Assembly (NCBI RefSeq): GCF_046119375.1
Contig: NW_027362764.1
Coordinates: 480,190,001-480,254,000, forward strand
Direction: 5' to 3'
Source of the DNA: Phyllobates terribilis
Lineage: Eukaryota
Length of the DNA stretch: 64,000 bases
The translations under genes and the position numbers were made by a program. Every line of letters starts with the position of its first letter. The first letter of the stretch is position 1. Under the pieces are notes generated by a model that ran no database searches, was not told where the DNA came from, and saw nothing but the letters and a program-made list of their open reading frames with translations. Positions 25,689 to 37,888 of the stretch are shown in pieces.

Positions 25689-28600
25689 TCATGTTACTCT
25701 GCTGTCATTTGGTGGTGATGAGAAGTCTGGCCCAATCCAGCCCTTGTTCATTTTGATAAGGGTCAGCTTGTCAGCATTGTCAGTTGACAGGCGAGTGCGC
25801 TTATCAGTTATAATTCCCCCAGCGGCACTAAAAACACGCTCCGATAACACGCTAGCGGCAGGGCAGGCCAGGACCTCCAAGGTGTACAGAGCGAGTTCAT
25901 TCCAAGTGTCCAGCTTGGATACCCAATAATTAAAAGGCACAGAGGAATCACGGAGGACGCTGGTACGATCGGCAAGGTACTCCCTCACCATCTTTTGAAA
26001 CTTTCCACTCCTTGTGAGAGTACCCCGCGCCTCAGGGCCTATAAGCTGGGCGGGTGTCAGAAAACTGTCCCAGAACGTTGACAGTGTTCCCCTGCCTCTG
26101 CTGGATTGGAGTTGCATCTCTCTCGCCTGTACGCCTTGGTTGGGCAATGAACTGCAGCAAGGGCCTTCTGGTATTGCCCCATTTTTGTAGACCTCTCCAC
26201 CTCAGGAAAAAGAGAGTGAAAGTTCTCCTTGTAGCGGGGGTCTACAAGTGTCACCAACCAGTAATGACTGTCACCCAACATTTTGACAACGCGAGGGTCA
26301 CGGTTAAGGCAGCGTAACATAAAGTCAGCCATGCGTGCCAGACTGGTAACGGGCAAGATTTCCGTGTCCTCACCAAGATGACGACTGACCATGCTCTCCT
26401 CCTCCTCCTCCTCTTCCTCCTCCCCCCTGTCCTCAGGCCACCCACGCTGAACCGACGATATGACACTTGTACAGGTACTACCGTCTACAACGCATGATAG
26501 CAGCTCCTGTTCTTCCTCCTCCTCCTCCTCCTCTCCCTCATTGTCCCCCAATGCATGTTGGGATGAGATGAGGCTGGGCTGTGTGTAATCGCCCGCTACG
26601 GCTTCTTGATTCATCTCATCATACTCTGGCTGCAATGCCTCCTCTTTAATTCTCTGCAGAGAGCGTTGCAAAAGACAGACAAGTGGGATGCTGACACTAA
26701 TGATGGCGTCATCGCCACTCACCATCTTGGTGGCCTCCTCAAAGTTTGTCAGGATGGTACATATGTCAGACATCCAGGTCCACTCCTGAGGTCTTATGTG
26801 TGGAGTCTGACCTGAATATCGACGGCCTTGTTGCAGCTGGTACTCCACAACTGCTCTCTTCTGCTCACAAATCCTTTGCAACATGTGGAGGGTAGAGTTC
26901 CAACGTGTGGGGACATCACACACCAGTCGGTGTGCCGGAAGCTGCAAACGCTGCTGCAACACAGCAAGGGTGGCGGAAGCTGTAGCCGACTTGCGAAAAT
27001 GAGCTGACAGGCGGCGTACTTTCACGAGCAGATCTGGCAACTCGGGGTACGATTTAAGAAACCGCTGAACCACGAGGTTAAGCACATGAGCCAGGCATGG
27101 TACGTGTGTGATCTCACCTCGCCTCAGAGCCGCCACCAGGTTACGGCCATTGTCACACACGACCATGCCGGGATGTAGGTTCAGCGGTCTCAGCCACAGA
27201 TCTGCCTGCTCTTTCACAGCTGTCCACAACTCACAAGCAGTGTGAGGTTTATCACCTAAGCTTATGAGTTTCAGCACAGCCTGTTGCCGCTTGGCGGAGG
27301 CAGTACTGCAATGCTTCCAGCTTGTAACTGATGTGGTGATATCTGAGATGGAGGCTGAACATGAGGAGGAGGAGGAGGAGGAGGATGCGCAGGAGCTGTA
27401 CACTGTGGGGGCAACTCTGACTGACATAGGGCCCGCAATCCTCAGTGTGGGGAGGATGTGTTCCGTCCCAAGGTCCGCCTGGGCCCTGGCTTCCACTATG
27501 TTTACCCAGTGTGCCGTCAGAGAGATGTACCGTCCCTGGCCACAAGCACTTGTCCACGTGTCCGTTGTCAGGTGGACTCTCCCAGTAACTGCGTTGTTGA
27601 GGGCACGGCAGATGCTTTGGGACACGTGCTTGTGTAGTGCGGGGATGGCACACCGGGCAAAATAGTGTCGGCTGGGGACCGAGTACCGAGGGACGGCCAC
27701 CGCCATAAGATTGCGGAAGTATTCCGTCTCCACCAGCCTAAAAGGCAGCATTTCCAATGCAAGCAGTCGTGAAATGTGCGAATTTAGGACTGTGGCCTGT
27801 GGGGCGTTAGCTGCGAATTTCCGCTTTCGTTCAAAGGTCTGGGATATGGACAATTGAACGCTGCGGTGGGACGTGGACGTGGACGTTGATGCTGTTTCTT
27901 GAGAAACTGCCATAACAAGTGAAGACTGAGAGGAGGGGGCATCTTTACATGCAGTATGGACAGGAGATTGCCTTGCACACACAACAGGGGGTTCTATTGC
28001 ACGCACAACAGTGGAAGAAGCAGTGGTGACACCCGCTGACACTGGTCGTGGACCCTGGGTTTCGCCCCACAAAGTCGGGTGCTTTGCTGCCATGTGCCTG
28101 ATCATGCTGGTGGTGATCAGGCTGGTAGTTTTGTCACCCTTGCTGATGCTGGCATGGCAGGTGGAACATATGGCCTTTTTGGGGTTATCAGCAGAGTCTT
28201 TAAAAAAATTCCAGACTCTGGAAGACCTACCGCTTGTACTGGCAACGTCCCTCGTGTTGTTGCTACGGGGAACGGTTGCCTGCCTTCTGTCTGTGGCCAC
28301 CACACTGCTTCTTCCTGCCTGTTGGGGTACTCTGCCTCCCTCCCCCTGTGTGCTGATGGCCTCACCCTGCATGTCCTCCTTCCACGTTGGGTCAGTTACT
28401 AGATCATCCACCACCTCCTCCTCTTCCACTTGCGCACCACGATCCTCCTCCTCACTTCCTGGCAATTGTGTCTCGTCATCGTCCACCTCTTGTGACAGAT
28501 TGCCAACGTCGACTTCCTGTGGCCGTGGCTGTTCAAATATTTGGGCATCGCAACATGGGATCTCCTCTTCCACCACTTCAAGCGTATCAGGCGAGGGGCC

Positions 28601-29008
28601 CAAATATGGAAATGGACCAGTGAACAGCTCTTCAGAGTGTCCAAGTGTGGGATCACTTGCTGTCTGACGACACTCGGCATGGTGGGAGGAAGGAGCATCA
28701 GGGTGAGGAGGAGTATGCAGTCGAGACTCATGGCTACTAAGAGTTGACCGTGTGGAAGACAGACCGGAGGTGGTGGTGCCCAGGTAACTGGAAGTATTGT
28801 CTGCTATCCAATTAATAACCTGTTCACACTGATCAGTTCGCAATACTTGTGTTGTAGCGTGCTTCCCTAGTAATTCGGTCAAGAAGTGGGAGCGAGAAGA
28901 TGTGGCTGTTGGTTGTGGCACATTTTCACCTTGGCCACGGCCCCGTCCTCTGCACGAACCATCACCAGAACGTCCATTTCCACGTCCCTTGCCACGCGCC
29001 TTGCCCAT
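25689..29008 (-). pseudogene. hAT (Ac-like) transposase of hAT-1, one frameshift near 26150
   Basis: BED finger (VWNFF...C..C...H...H), HLTTDTWTS, VCDNGRN, CLAHVLNL and TRWNST in the 26057-29008 frame; dimerisation domain CPAASVLSERVFSAAG in the 25689-26147 frame. Confidence 0.93.
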
Positions 29009-30223
29009 TGTAAATGAAGTAAAATAGCTTACACTTGCACTATCAATGGAAAAAGGGTAATAAAGAGTAGATTAGAACCGTGGAAGAGGAAAACCACAGT
29101 TATTGTTTACTGGGGTATACCACACTTTTTTAAATAGAGATATTTGCAGCTGAACAGTGAGCGACACACTCAAACTGCTTTTTTTTTAGATACCAAAGGC
29201 CCAAAACTGGATAGTACAGCGATTTGACCCGTGGAACTGCGAAACCACACTGGGATGTCGGGCCTACACAAGACTATTTTCAACAGATATATTTTTATGT
29301 CACAACAGTCAGGAGACACTACTGTTTTTCTTTACGGAAAAAACTACCAAAACCTGAATAATAGAGATTTTTTACCGTGGAACAGCAAAACCACAGTTAT
29401 AATTTACTGGTGTATACCAGGCTTTTTAAAATATATATATATTTGCGGCTGAACAGTGAGCAACACACTCAAACTGTTTTTTTTTAGATACAAATGGCCC
29501 AAAAGTGGATAATACAGAGGTTTGTACCGTGGAACTGCAAAACCACACTTGTATTTCTCGGGCCTATACCAGACTATTTTCAACAGATATATTTGTGTGT
29601 GAAAAATCAGGGAGACACTATTTTTTTTTTTTTACAGCAAAAAATGCAAAAAGCAGGATAATAGAGATTTTTTACCGTGGAACAGCAAAAGCACACTTCT
29701 GTCTCTCTGGCCTACACCAGACTATTTTCAACAGATATATTTGTGTCTCCTGCCCGAGTAACCCGGAAATGCTCGGTGCTCGCCGAACATCCCGAGTAGC
29801 GTGATGCTCGGGCGAGTATCGAGCAGTGTCGAGCATGTTCGCTCAACACTAGTGGTCACGGAAAGTGACGGTCAGGAGCCTCCAGGTAGGCTGACAGGTA
29901 ACAGGCAGGTGCTTCCAGGTAAGCAGGCGGGCAAAGCCCATAGACAGACTGCCGGACTGAACGGAAGACAGACTGTCGGGCTGAAGAGTAGTCAGGCTGG
30001 CGGACTGGACTGATAGTCAGGCTGGCGGGCAGGACTAGTAGTCAGGCTAGCAGTGGGACCTGAGGGCTGAAGCAGAGGTAAGTACACTGTACATCAACTA
30101 TTGCTCCGACACCTCCATATTGGAGGAGGTGCTTTATATATGGGAGGACCTCCGGCAATTGGCCGGGGACTCCTTAGGGCGGCGCACGCGGCCCCTTTAA
30201 GAGGGAGGGAGCGCGCTCGCGCC

Positions 30224-33200
30224 CTAAGCACAGTGCCCGGGAATCAGCGCGCGCCGGCAGAAGCAGGAAGAGGAGCGCTGGAGGACGTCGGGCGGGGAGC
30301 GCGGCGGTGAGAGGGACGGCGTCTCTACCTGGCAGGGGGCAGAGACGCCGATGCTACAGTACCCCCCCTTACGCCCCCTCTTTTTTAGGCCAAAAAGAAA
30401 ATTTTCAAGGAGAAGCGGGGCATGAATGTTCTCCCTGGGTTCCCAAGTTCTCTCCTCTGGGCCAAACCCCTTCCAATCCACCAGAAAAAAGGTTTTTCCT
30501 CTTACCGTCTTGGTGGTCAGAATGTTCTCTACCTCAAAAAGGTCCTCAGCGGAAACTGGAGCAGGGGGAGTACCTGGACTGTTGGAAAAAGAATTAAACA
30601 CAACTGGTTTGAGGAGAGATACGTGGAAGGAGTTGGGAATCAGTAAGGTGGCCGGGAGTTTTAACTTGTAGGCCACTGGGTTGATTGGTTTCAGGACTTC
30701 AAATGGACCGATGAACCAAGGACCCAATTTGTAAGAGGGTATTTTGAGCCGAACATGTTTGGAGGAGAGCCAAACCTTGTCTCCTGGACGGAATTAAGGC
30801 GGATCCAGACGTCTCTTGTCAGCATATCTCTTCATCCGCTCGGAGGACTGAAGAAGTGCGGACCTAGTGTTTTCCCAAATGGTGGAAAATTCGCAGACCA
30901 GAGACTCCACGGCAGGGTTGTCCACGGAAGTGGAGACGGGAAACGGAATCCGGGGATGTTGACCATAGTCTACAAAGAACGGGGACTTGGAAGTCGATTC
31001 GCTCTCATGGTTGTTGTAGGAGAATTCGGCCCATGGTAGGAGGTTCACCCAATCGGTATGGTGAGCATTAACAAAGTGCCGGATGTAGCTGGTAAGGATC
31101 TGGTTGATACGCTCCACTTGGCCATTGGACTGTGGATGGTAAGCGGAAGAGAAATCCAGGGTGACATCCAGCAGTTTACACATAGCTCTCCAGAAGCATG
31201 AGGTGAATTGAACCCCTCGATCCGACACAATGTGGAGGGGTAGGCCATGGAGACGGAAGATGTGAAAGAAGAAGTCCTTAGCCGGCTCTGATGCGGACGG
31301 GAGACCAGGCAGAGGGATGAAGTGGGCCATTTTAGAAAAGCGGTCGGCGACCACCCAAATGACTGTACAGCCGGCAGAAACAGGGAGATCTGTAATAAAG
31401 TTCATAGCAATGTGTTGCCAAGGGGCAGCAGGTACGGGAAGAGGCAGGAGGTGACCGGCTGGAAGATGTCTGGGAACTTTGTTGCGGGCACAAGATGAAC
31501 AGGCCGCAACGAAGTCTACCACATCCTTGCGCAGGGTAGGCCACCAGTAATGCCGGGTAATGAGCAGGAAAGTTTTCTTTTGACCAGCATGGCCGGCTAG
31601 TTTAGATGAATGACCCCAGTGAAGAATCTTCTGCCGATCTGGAACCGTTACAAACATCTTACCGGGTGGGAGACGAGTCAGATCTAAGGGGGCCACATTC
31701 ATCACTTTGGAGGGGTCGATGATGTGCATAGGCTCCTCCTCTAGATCGGCGGACAGGAAGGATTGGGACAAGGCGTCAGCTTTAACATTCTTGTCCGCCG
31801 GGCGGAAATGTAGGATAAAGTCGAAGCGAGCGAAGAACAAAGACCACCGGGCCTGACGCGGATTGAGTCTTTGGGCATTCTGGAGATATGCAAGGTTTTT
31901 GTGATCAGTATAGATGATCACTGGGTATAGAGCCCCTTCAAGCAGGTAACGCCACTCCTCCAGCGCCAATTTGAGGGCTAGCAGTTCTCGGTCTCCTATG
32001 GAGTAGTTGCGCTCAGACGAGGAGAAGAGTTTGGAGAAGAAGCCGCAGGTTACCATTCTCCCGGATGAAGATCTTTGGGTGAGCACCGCTCCGGCTCCGG
32101 AGGAGGAAGCATCAACCTCCAGGAAGAACTGTTTGCTGCAGTCCGGACGGTGCAGCACTGGGGCAGAGGAGAAGGCTTGCTTTAAGGAAAGGAAGGCCTC
32201 CTCAGCTTCGGGCGGCCATACCTTGGGATTTTCTCCCTTACGGGTGAGCGCAGAGATAGGAGCAGTCCGGAAAGAGAAGTGCGGGAAGAAGAGACGGTAG
32301 TAGTTGGCGAAGCCCAGGAATCGCTGAATCGCCTTCAACCCCTCCGGACGGGGCCACTTTAAGACGGAAGAGAGCTTCTCGGGGTCCATTCTTAGACCTG
32401 TCTGGGAGATAATATAGCCCAGGAATGGAAGGGAGGTCTGTTCGAAGAGGCACTTCTCAAATTTGGCATAGAGGTGATTCTGCCTGAGCCTAAGCAGGAC
32501 CTGACGAACATCCCTCTGGTGTGTGGGATGGTCCGGAGAGAAGACCAAGACGTCATCCAGGTACACCACCACACAGGAATATAGAAGGTCACCGAAGATG
32601 TCATTGACTAATTCTTGGAAGACGGCGGGAGCATTACAGAGAACGAAGGGCATCACACGGTATTCATAGTGACCGTCCCAGGTATTGAATGCCGTCTTCC
32701 ACTCGTCTCCTTGACGGATCCGGACCAGGTTATACGCCCCACGTAGATCCAGCTTGGAAAAGATCCTGGCGCCCTTAAGGCGGTCAAACAACTTGGAGAT
32801 GAGCGGCAGGGGGTATTTGTTTTTGACCGTGATTTGATTGAGTCCTCTATAGTCAATACAGGGGCGTAGCGAGCCATCCTTCTTCTTGGCGAAGAAGAAT
32901 CCGGCTCCAGCCGGGGAGGTAGATTTCCGGATGAATCCCCTAGCCAGATTCTCCTTAATGTACTCCGACATGGCCCGGGTTTCGGCCGACGACAACGGGT
33001 AAATACGCCCACGGAGTGGAGTGGCTCCGGGTACCAGGTTGATCGGGCAATCATATGGCCTATGAGGTGGCAGTGTCTCTGCTTCCTTTTTGTCGAAGAC
33101 ATCTGCATAGGACCAGTAAGGTGCCGGTAAACCGGGTAGATTAGCCGGGGTGGGTGGAGGATGAACCGGGCGGACCGGGACCAGACAGGTCTTATGGCAA

Positions 33201-33613
33201 TCCTGCCCCCAACGGAGAACTTCACTGGATTGCCAATTCAGCACAGGTTCATGTTTCTGAAGCCAGGGTAGACATAGCAATAGGGAGTGAGAGAGACCGG
33301 AAAGCACATGGAAGAAGATCCTCTCAGAGTGCAGCATTCCCACCTGCAGGGTTATAGGTTCAGTGACGAGCAGGATGGTCACCGGAAGAAGTCTTCCATC
33401 CACAGAGGCGACTGCCAATGGTTCAGCCAGAGGTTTGGTGGGAATGTGATATTTCTCTACCAGGGACTGGGAAATGAGGTTCCCAGCAGCTCCAGAATCT
33501 AGGTGTGCAATTTCAAAGTAGCGGTTCTCTCCCCAGGAGATGGAGACAGACAAAGTCAGGGAAGGAAAGGGTTTACTTTTGCCTAGGATGACCTCTCCGA
33601 GTGTCCAAGACAC
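30224..33613 (-). pseudogene. Element A pol (protease-RT-RNase H-integrase-chromodomain)
   Basis: LDSGAAGN, YLDDVL, VDASSSG, SDRGVQF and GQVERINQ; chromodomain FEVENIL...FLVDWKGFGPEERTWEP. One in-frame TAA at 30794-30796; the frame runs on into the 3' LTR. Confidence 0.95.
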
Positions 33614-34554
33614 TGGCGTTTCCCGGCTTCACCGGGCAGGAACGGATGAAGTGCTCCTTACAGCCACAGTAGAAACAGCTCCCCTCGGCTCGGCGTGACT
33701 CTTGGCGAGATTTGACCATCTTGGTCTGGTCGACCTGCATGGGTTTGGGCGAGCGTGTCCGGGGAGTTGCTATTTGAGAGGCAGGTCTCTGGAAAGTAGG
33801 AGCAAGACGAGGAAATCTTCGCTCCCGGGTAGTCTCTTTAGCACGTTCCAGGAAACGGATGTCAATCCGGGTAGCTAGCGACACCAGGTCATCCAGGGTG
33901 GTAGAAATGTCCCGGCCGGCTAACTCGTCCTTAATCCGACCGGAAAGGCCCTCCCAGAATATGGACACCACGGCCTCGTTGTCCCAGGCAAGCTCAGAAG
34001 CGAGGGTACGGAACCGTATGGCATATTGGCCCACGGTGAAACTCCCTTGGCGGATACGAAGTAGAGAGAAGGCAGTAGAGGATTTTCGTCCTGGTTCATC
34101 GAAGACTTTCCGGAAAGCAACGAGGAAAGACGATAGATCAGACACCAGGGGATCCCCTCTCTCCCACAGGGGATTTAGCCATGCCAGTGCTTCTCCAGTG
34201 AGGTGAGATACGATGAACGCCACCTTGGCCCTGTCGGAGGGAAACTGATGTGCCAAAAGTTCAAAGTTCAGGATGCACTGGTTTATGAAACCCCGAGCTA
34301 GAGCGGGGTCACCTCCAAAATGAGGAGGTGCAGAAAGCCGGGGACCTGGGTTGGATGCCGTGGTATTGGTGGGCAGCGGCGCTGCCGGAGCGGGAGTCGC
34401 ACGACTCGAGGCGGACACAGGTGGTACAGACAGCGTGTCCAGTCGAGTGTTGACAGACCGCAGGTAGGTCAGGATGGTTCCTGTTGGGATCTCTGACAAG
34501 AAACCTCCTGGTACAGGTCAGCAAGCGAAGGAGCCTGGGGCCACCGGGTTCCAT
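33573..34554 (-). pseudogene. Element A gag (PEG10/sushi-like capsid plus CCHC knuckle)
   Basis: FGGDP...KVAFIVSHLTGEALAW...LRIRQG; CFYCGCKEHFIRSC. The probable ATG at 34554 is out of frame with the main ORF (N-terminal frameshift). Confidence 0.9.
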
Positions 34555-34555
34555 G

Positions 34556-34565
34556 GTCGGAGCAA
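34556..34565 (-). other. Self-priming PBS of element A (TTGCTCCGAC)
   Basis: 2 nt inside the 5' LTR with no TGG tRNA match; complementary to GTCGGAGCAA, which lies 30 nt downstream of the LTR TATA box (30101-30110; one mismatch at 35316-35325). Confidence 0.8.
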
Positions 34566-35743
34566 ACTGTTACGGATCCGGGTGGTGGAACCTCTGTGCT
34601 GCGGTGCAAGGAGGGACCCAGAGGGGCGTAACTAAGTATCAACTCGGACCGACCTAGGTCGTACGGCGGCTAACGACTCCGTGACCAGGGAGGGACCAAG
34701 CAGAGGGACCAGGTGCTACTCTGGGGACGACCTTGCAAGAGAGCAGGTGACTCCCACGGGTCAGATGGCTGGGACTGACCGATACTGCAGATGGGCACAG
34801 CAGGCAGGCTGACGAGAGATCCGGGTAGATGAACTGGCAGAGACAGCAGGCGACAGGCGGGAGCCTCTAGGTAGGCTGTCAGGTGGTCACGGCAAGTGAT
34901 GGGCAGGAGCCTCCAGGTAGGCAGACAGGTGGTCACGGCAAGTGACAGGCGGGAGCCTCTAGGTAGGCTGTCAGGTGGTCACGGCAAGTGATGGGCAGGA
35001 GCCTCCAGGTAGGCAGACAGATGGTCACGGCAAGTGACAGGCAGGAGCCTCCAGGTAGGCAGACAGGTGGTCACGGAAAGTGACGGGCAGGAGCCTCCAG
35101 GTAGGCTGACAGGTAACAGGCAGGTGCTTCCAGGAAAGCAGGCGGGCAAAGCCCATAGACAGACTGGGGGACTGAACGGAAGACAGACTGTCGGGCTGAA
35201 GAGTAGTCACCCTGGCGGACTGGACTGATAGTCAGGCTGGCGGGCATGACAAGTAGTCAGGCTAGCAGCGGGACCTGAGGGCTGAAGCAGAGGTAAGTAC
35301 ACTGTACATCAACTATTGCTCTGACACCTCGATATTGGAGGAGGTGCTTTATATATGGGAGGACCTCCGGCAATTGGCCAGGGACTCCTTAGGGTGGCGC
35401 GCGCGGCCCCTTTAAGAGGGAGGGAGAGCGCGCCCTAAGCACAGTGCCCGGGAAGCAGCGCGCACCGGCAGAAGCAGGAAGAGGAGCGCTGAAGGACATT
35501 GGGCGGGGAGCGCGGCGGTGAGAGGGACGGCGTCTCTGCCTGGCAGGGGGCAGAGACGACAATGCTACAGGAGTATATAGGGAAAAAACCAAGCAATGTG
35601 AACTGAGGTCTAAGATGGTACACATGCAAGAAATAGGAGCATGTTCACACTAGCAAAAAGATGCAAAACCTACAAAAGACAAAAAATATCTCATACCCTA
35701 CCATCATTATATATAAATGTAAAGCAAAGTTGCATATGAAATA

Positions 35744-35827
35744 TAGGGTACTTAGTGAACTATTTTTGATCAAAAAAAGTATACAAGCCGTCCCACCAGC
35801 GACAAGGTGACCCTAAGTTGGGACGGT
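35744..35827 (-). ncRNA. Predicted HDV/CPEB3-like self-cleaving ribozyme, copy 1
   Basis: P1 CCGUCCC/GGGACGG, P2 UAGGGU/ACCCUA, P3 ACC/GGU, L3 UUGUCGCU, P1.1 G-C plus U.U, P4 hairpin, J4/2 CUAAG (candidate catalytic C at 35755). Confidence 0.65.
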
Positions 35828-36172
35828 CCTACACTGTCTATATTAAAAACCTTACTGTATATCAAAGTTGAAGTAATGCATATAAAAGGGTAGACAAATA
35901 GAACCGGGTCCCAATATCAGACCACCTAAGCCTGTGGTAAGCTACATATATACTAACCAGCTCAACAAGGGGGATGCCACACCCCTAATTTGCACAGAAT
36001 GCAAACAAGACAAAAAAACAAGCAATGTGAACTGAGGTCTAAGATGGTACACATGCAAGAAATAGGAGCATGTTCACACTAGCAAAAAGATGCAAAACCT
36101 ACAAAAGACAAAAAATATCTCATACCCTACCATCATTATATATAAATGTAAAGCAAAGTTGCATATGAAATA

Positions 36173-36256
36173 TAGGGTACTTAGTGAACTATTTTTGATC
36201 AAAAAAAGTATACAAGCCGTCCCACCAGCGACAAGGTGACCCTAAATTGGGACGGT
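36173..36256 (-). ncRNA. Predicted HDV-like ribozyme, copy 2
   Basis: Same helices as copy 1. Confidence 0.65.
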
Positions 36257-36601
36257 CCTACACTGTCTATATTAAAAAAATTATTGTATATCAAAGTTGA
36301 AGTAATGCATATAAAAGGGTAGACAAATAGAACCGGGTCCCAATATCAGACTACCTAAGCCCGTGGTAAGCTACATATATACTAACCAGCTCAACAAGGG
36401 GGATGCCACACCCCTAATTTGCACAGAATGCAAACAAGACAAAAAACCAAGCAATGAGAACTGAGGTCTAAGATGGTACACATGCAAGAAATAGGAGCAT
36501 GTTCACACTAGCAAAAAGATGCAAAGCCTACAAAAGACAAAAAATATCTCATACCCTACCATCATTATATATAAATGTAAAGCAAAGTTGCATATGAAAT
36601 A

Positions 36602-36685
36602 TAGGGTACTTAGTGAACTATTTTTGATCAAAAAAAGTATACAAGCCGTCCCACCAGCGACAAGGTGACCCTAAATTGGGACGGT
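36602..36685 (-). ncRNA. Predicted HDV-like ribozyme, copy 3
   Basis: Same helices as copy 1. Confidence 0.65.
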
Positions 36686-37030
36686 CCTACACTGTCTATA
36701 TTAAAAAAATTATTGTATATCAAAGTTGAAGTAATGCATATAAAAGGGTAGACAAATAGAACCGGGTCCCAATATCAGACTACCTAAGCCCGTGGTAAGC
36801 TACATATATACTAACCAGCTCAACAAGGGGGATGCCACACCCCTAATTTGCACAGAATGCAAACAAGACAAAAAACCAAGCAATGAGAACTGAGGTCTAA
36901 GATGGTACACATGCAAGAAATAGGAGCATGTTCACACTAGCAAAAAGATGCAAAGCCTACAAAAGACAAAAAATATCTCATACCCTACCATCATTATATA
37001 TAAATGTAAAGCAAAGTTGCATATGAAATA

Positions 37031-37114
37031 TAGGGTACTTAGTGAACTATTTTTGATCAAAAAAAGTATACAAGCCGTCCCACCAGCGACAAGGTGACCC
37101 TAAATTGGGACGGT
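37031..37114 (-). ncRNA. Predicted HDV-like ribozyme, copy 4
   Basis: Same helices as copy 1. Confidence 0.65.
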
Positions 37115-37459
37115 CCTACACTGTCTATATTAAAAACCTTACTGTATATCAAAGTTGAAGTAATGCATATAAAAGGGTAGACAAATAGAACCGGGTCCCA
37201 ATATCAGACCACCTAAGCCCGTGGTAAGCTGCATATATACTAACCAGCTCAACAAGGGGGATGCCACACCCCTAATTTGCACAGAATGCAAACAAGACAA
37301 AAAACCAAGCAATGAGAACTGAGGTCTAAGATGGTACACATGCAAGAAATAGGAGCATGTTCACACTAGCAAAAAGATGCAAAGCCTACAAAAGACAAAA
37401 AATATCTCATACCCTACCATCATTATATATAAATGTAAAGAAAAGTTGCATATGAAATA

Positions 37460-37543
37460 TAGGGTACTTAGTGAACTATTTTTGATCAAAAAAAGTATAC
37501 AAGCCGTCCCACCAGCGACAAGGTGACCCTAAATTGGGACAGT
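37460..37543 (-). ncRNA. Predicted HDV-like ribozyme, copy 5
   Basis: Same fold; one P1 C-G pair becomes U.G (plus-strand G>A at 37541). Confidence 0.6.
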
Positions 37544-37888
37544 CCTACACTGTCTATATTAAAAACCTTACTGTATATCAAAGTTGAAGTAATGCATATA
37601 AAAGGGTAGACAAATAGAACCGGGTCCCAATATCAGACTACCTAAGCCCGTGGTAAGCTACATATATACTAACCAGCTCAACAAGGGGGATGCCACACCC
37701 CTAATTTGCACAGAATGCAAACAAGACAAAAAACCAAGCAATGTGAACTGAGGTCTAAGATGGTACACATGCAAGAAATAGGAGCATGTTCACACTAGTA
37801 AAAAGATGCAAAACCTACAAAAGACAAAAAATATCTCATACCCTACCATCATTATATATAAATGTAAAGCAAAGTTGCATATGAAATA

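Larger units (their letters stand above)
21590..29851 (-). mobile_element. Large hAT DNA transposon (hAT-1, 8.26 kb)
   Basis: 13-bp TIR TAGTGTTGAGCGA; 8-bp TSD GTGGTCAC (21582-21589, 29852-29859); subterminal CTCGG/CTCGA motifs; encodes a transposase. Confidence 0.96.
20991..35569 (-). mobile_element. Sushi-type chromoviral Gypsy LTR retrotransposon (element A), 3' LTR interrupted by a hAT
   Basis: TG...CA LTRs at 34568-35569 (5') and 20991-30358 (3', split); 4-bp TSD GGAG (20987-20990, 35570-35573); PPT at ~30359-30382; gag and pol with chromodomain. Confidence 0.96.

Noticed and set aside
35744-35827. HDV-like fold on the plus strand
   Set aside because: The mirror helices exist, but L3, P1.1, P4 order and the J4/2 C fit only the minus strand.
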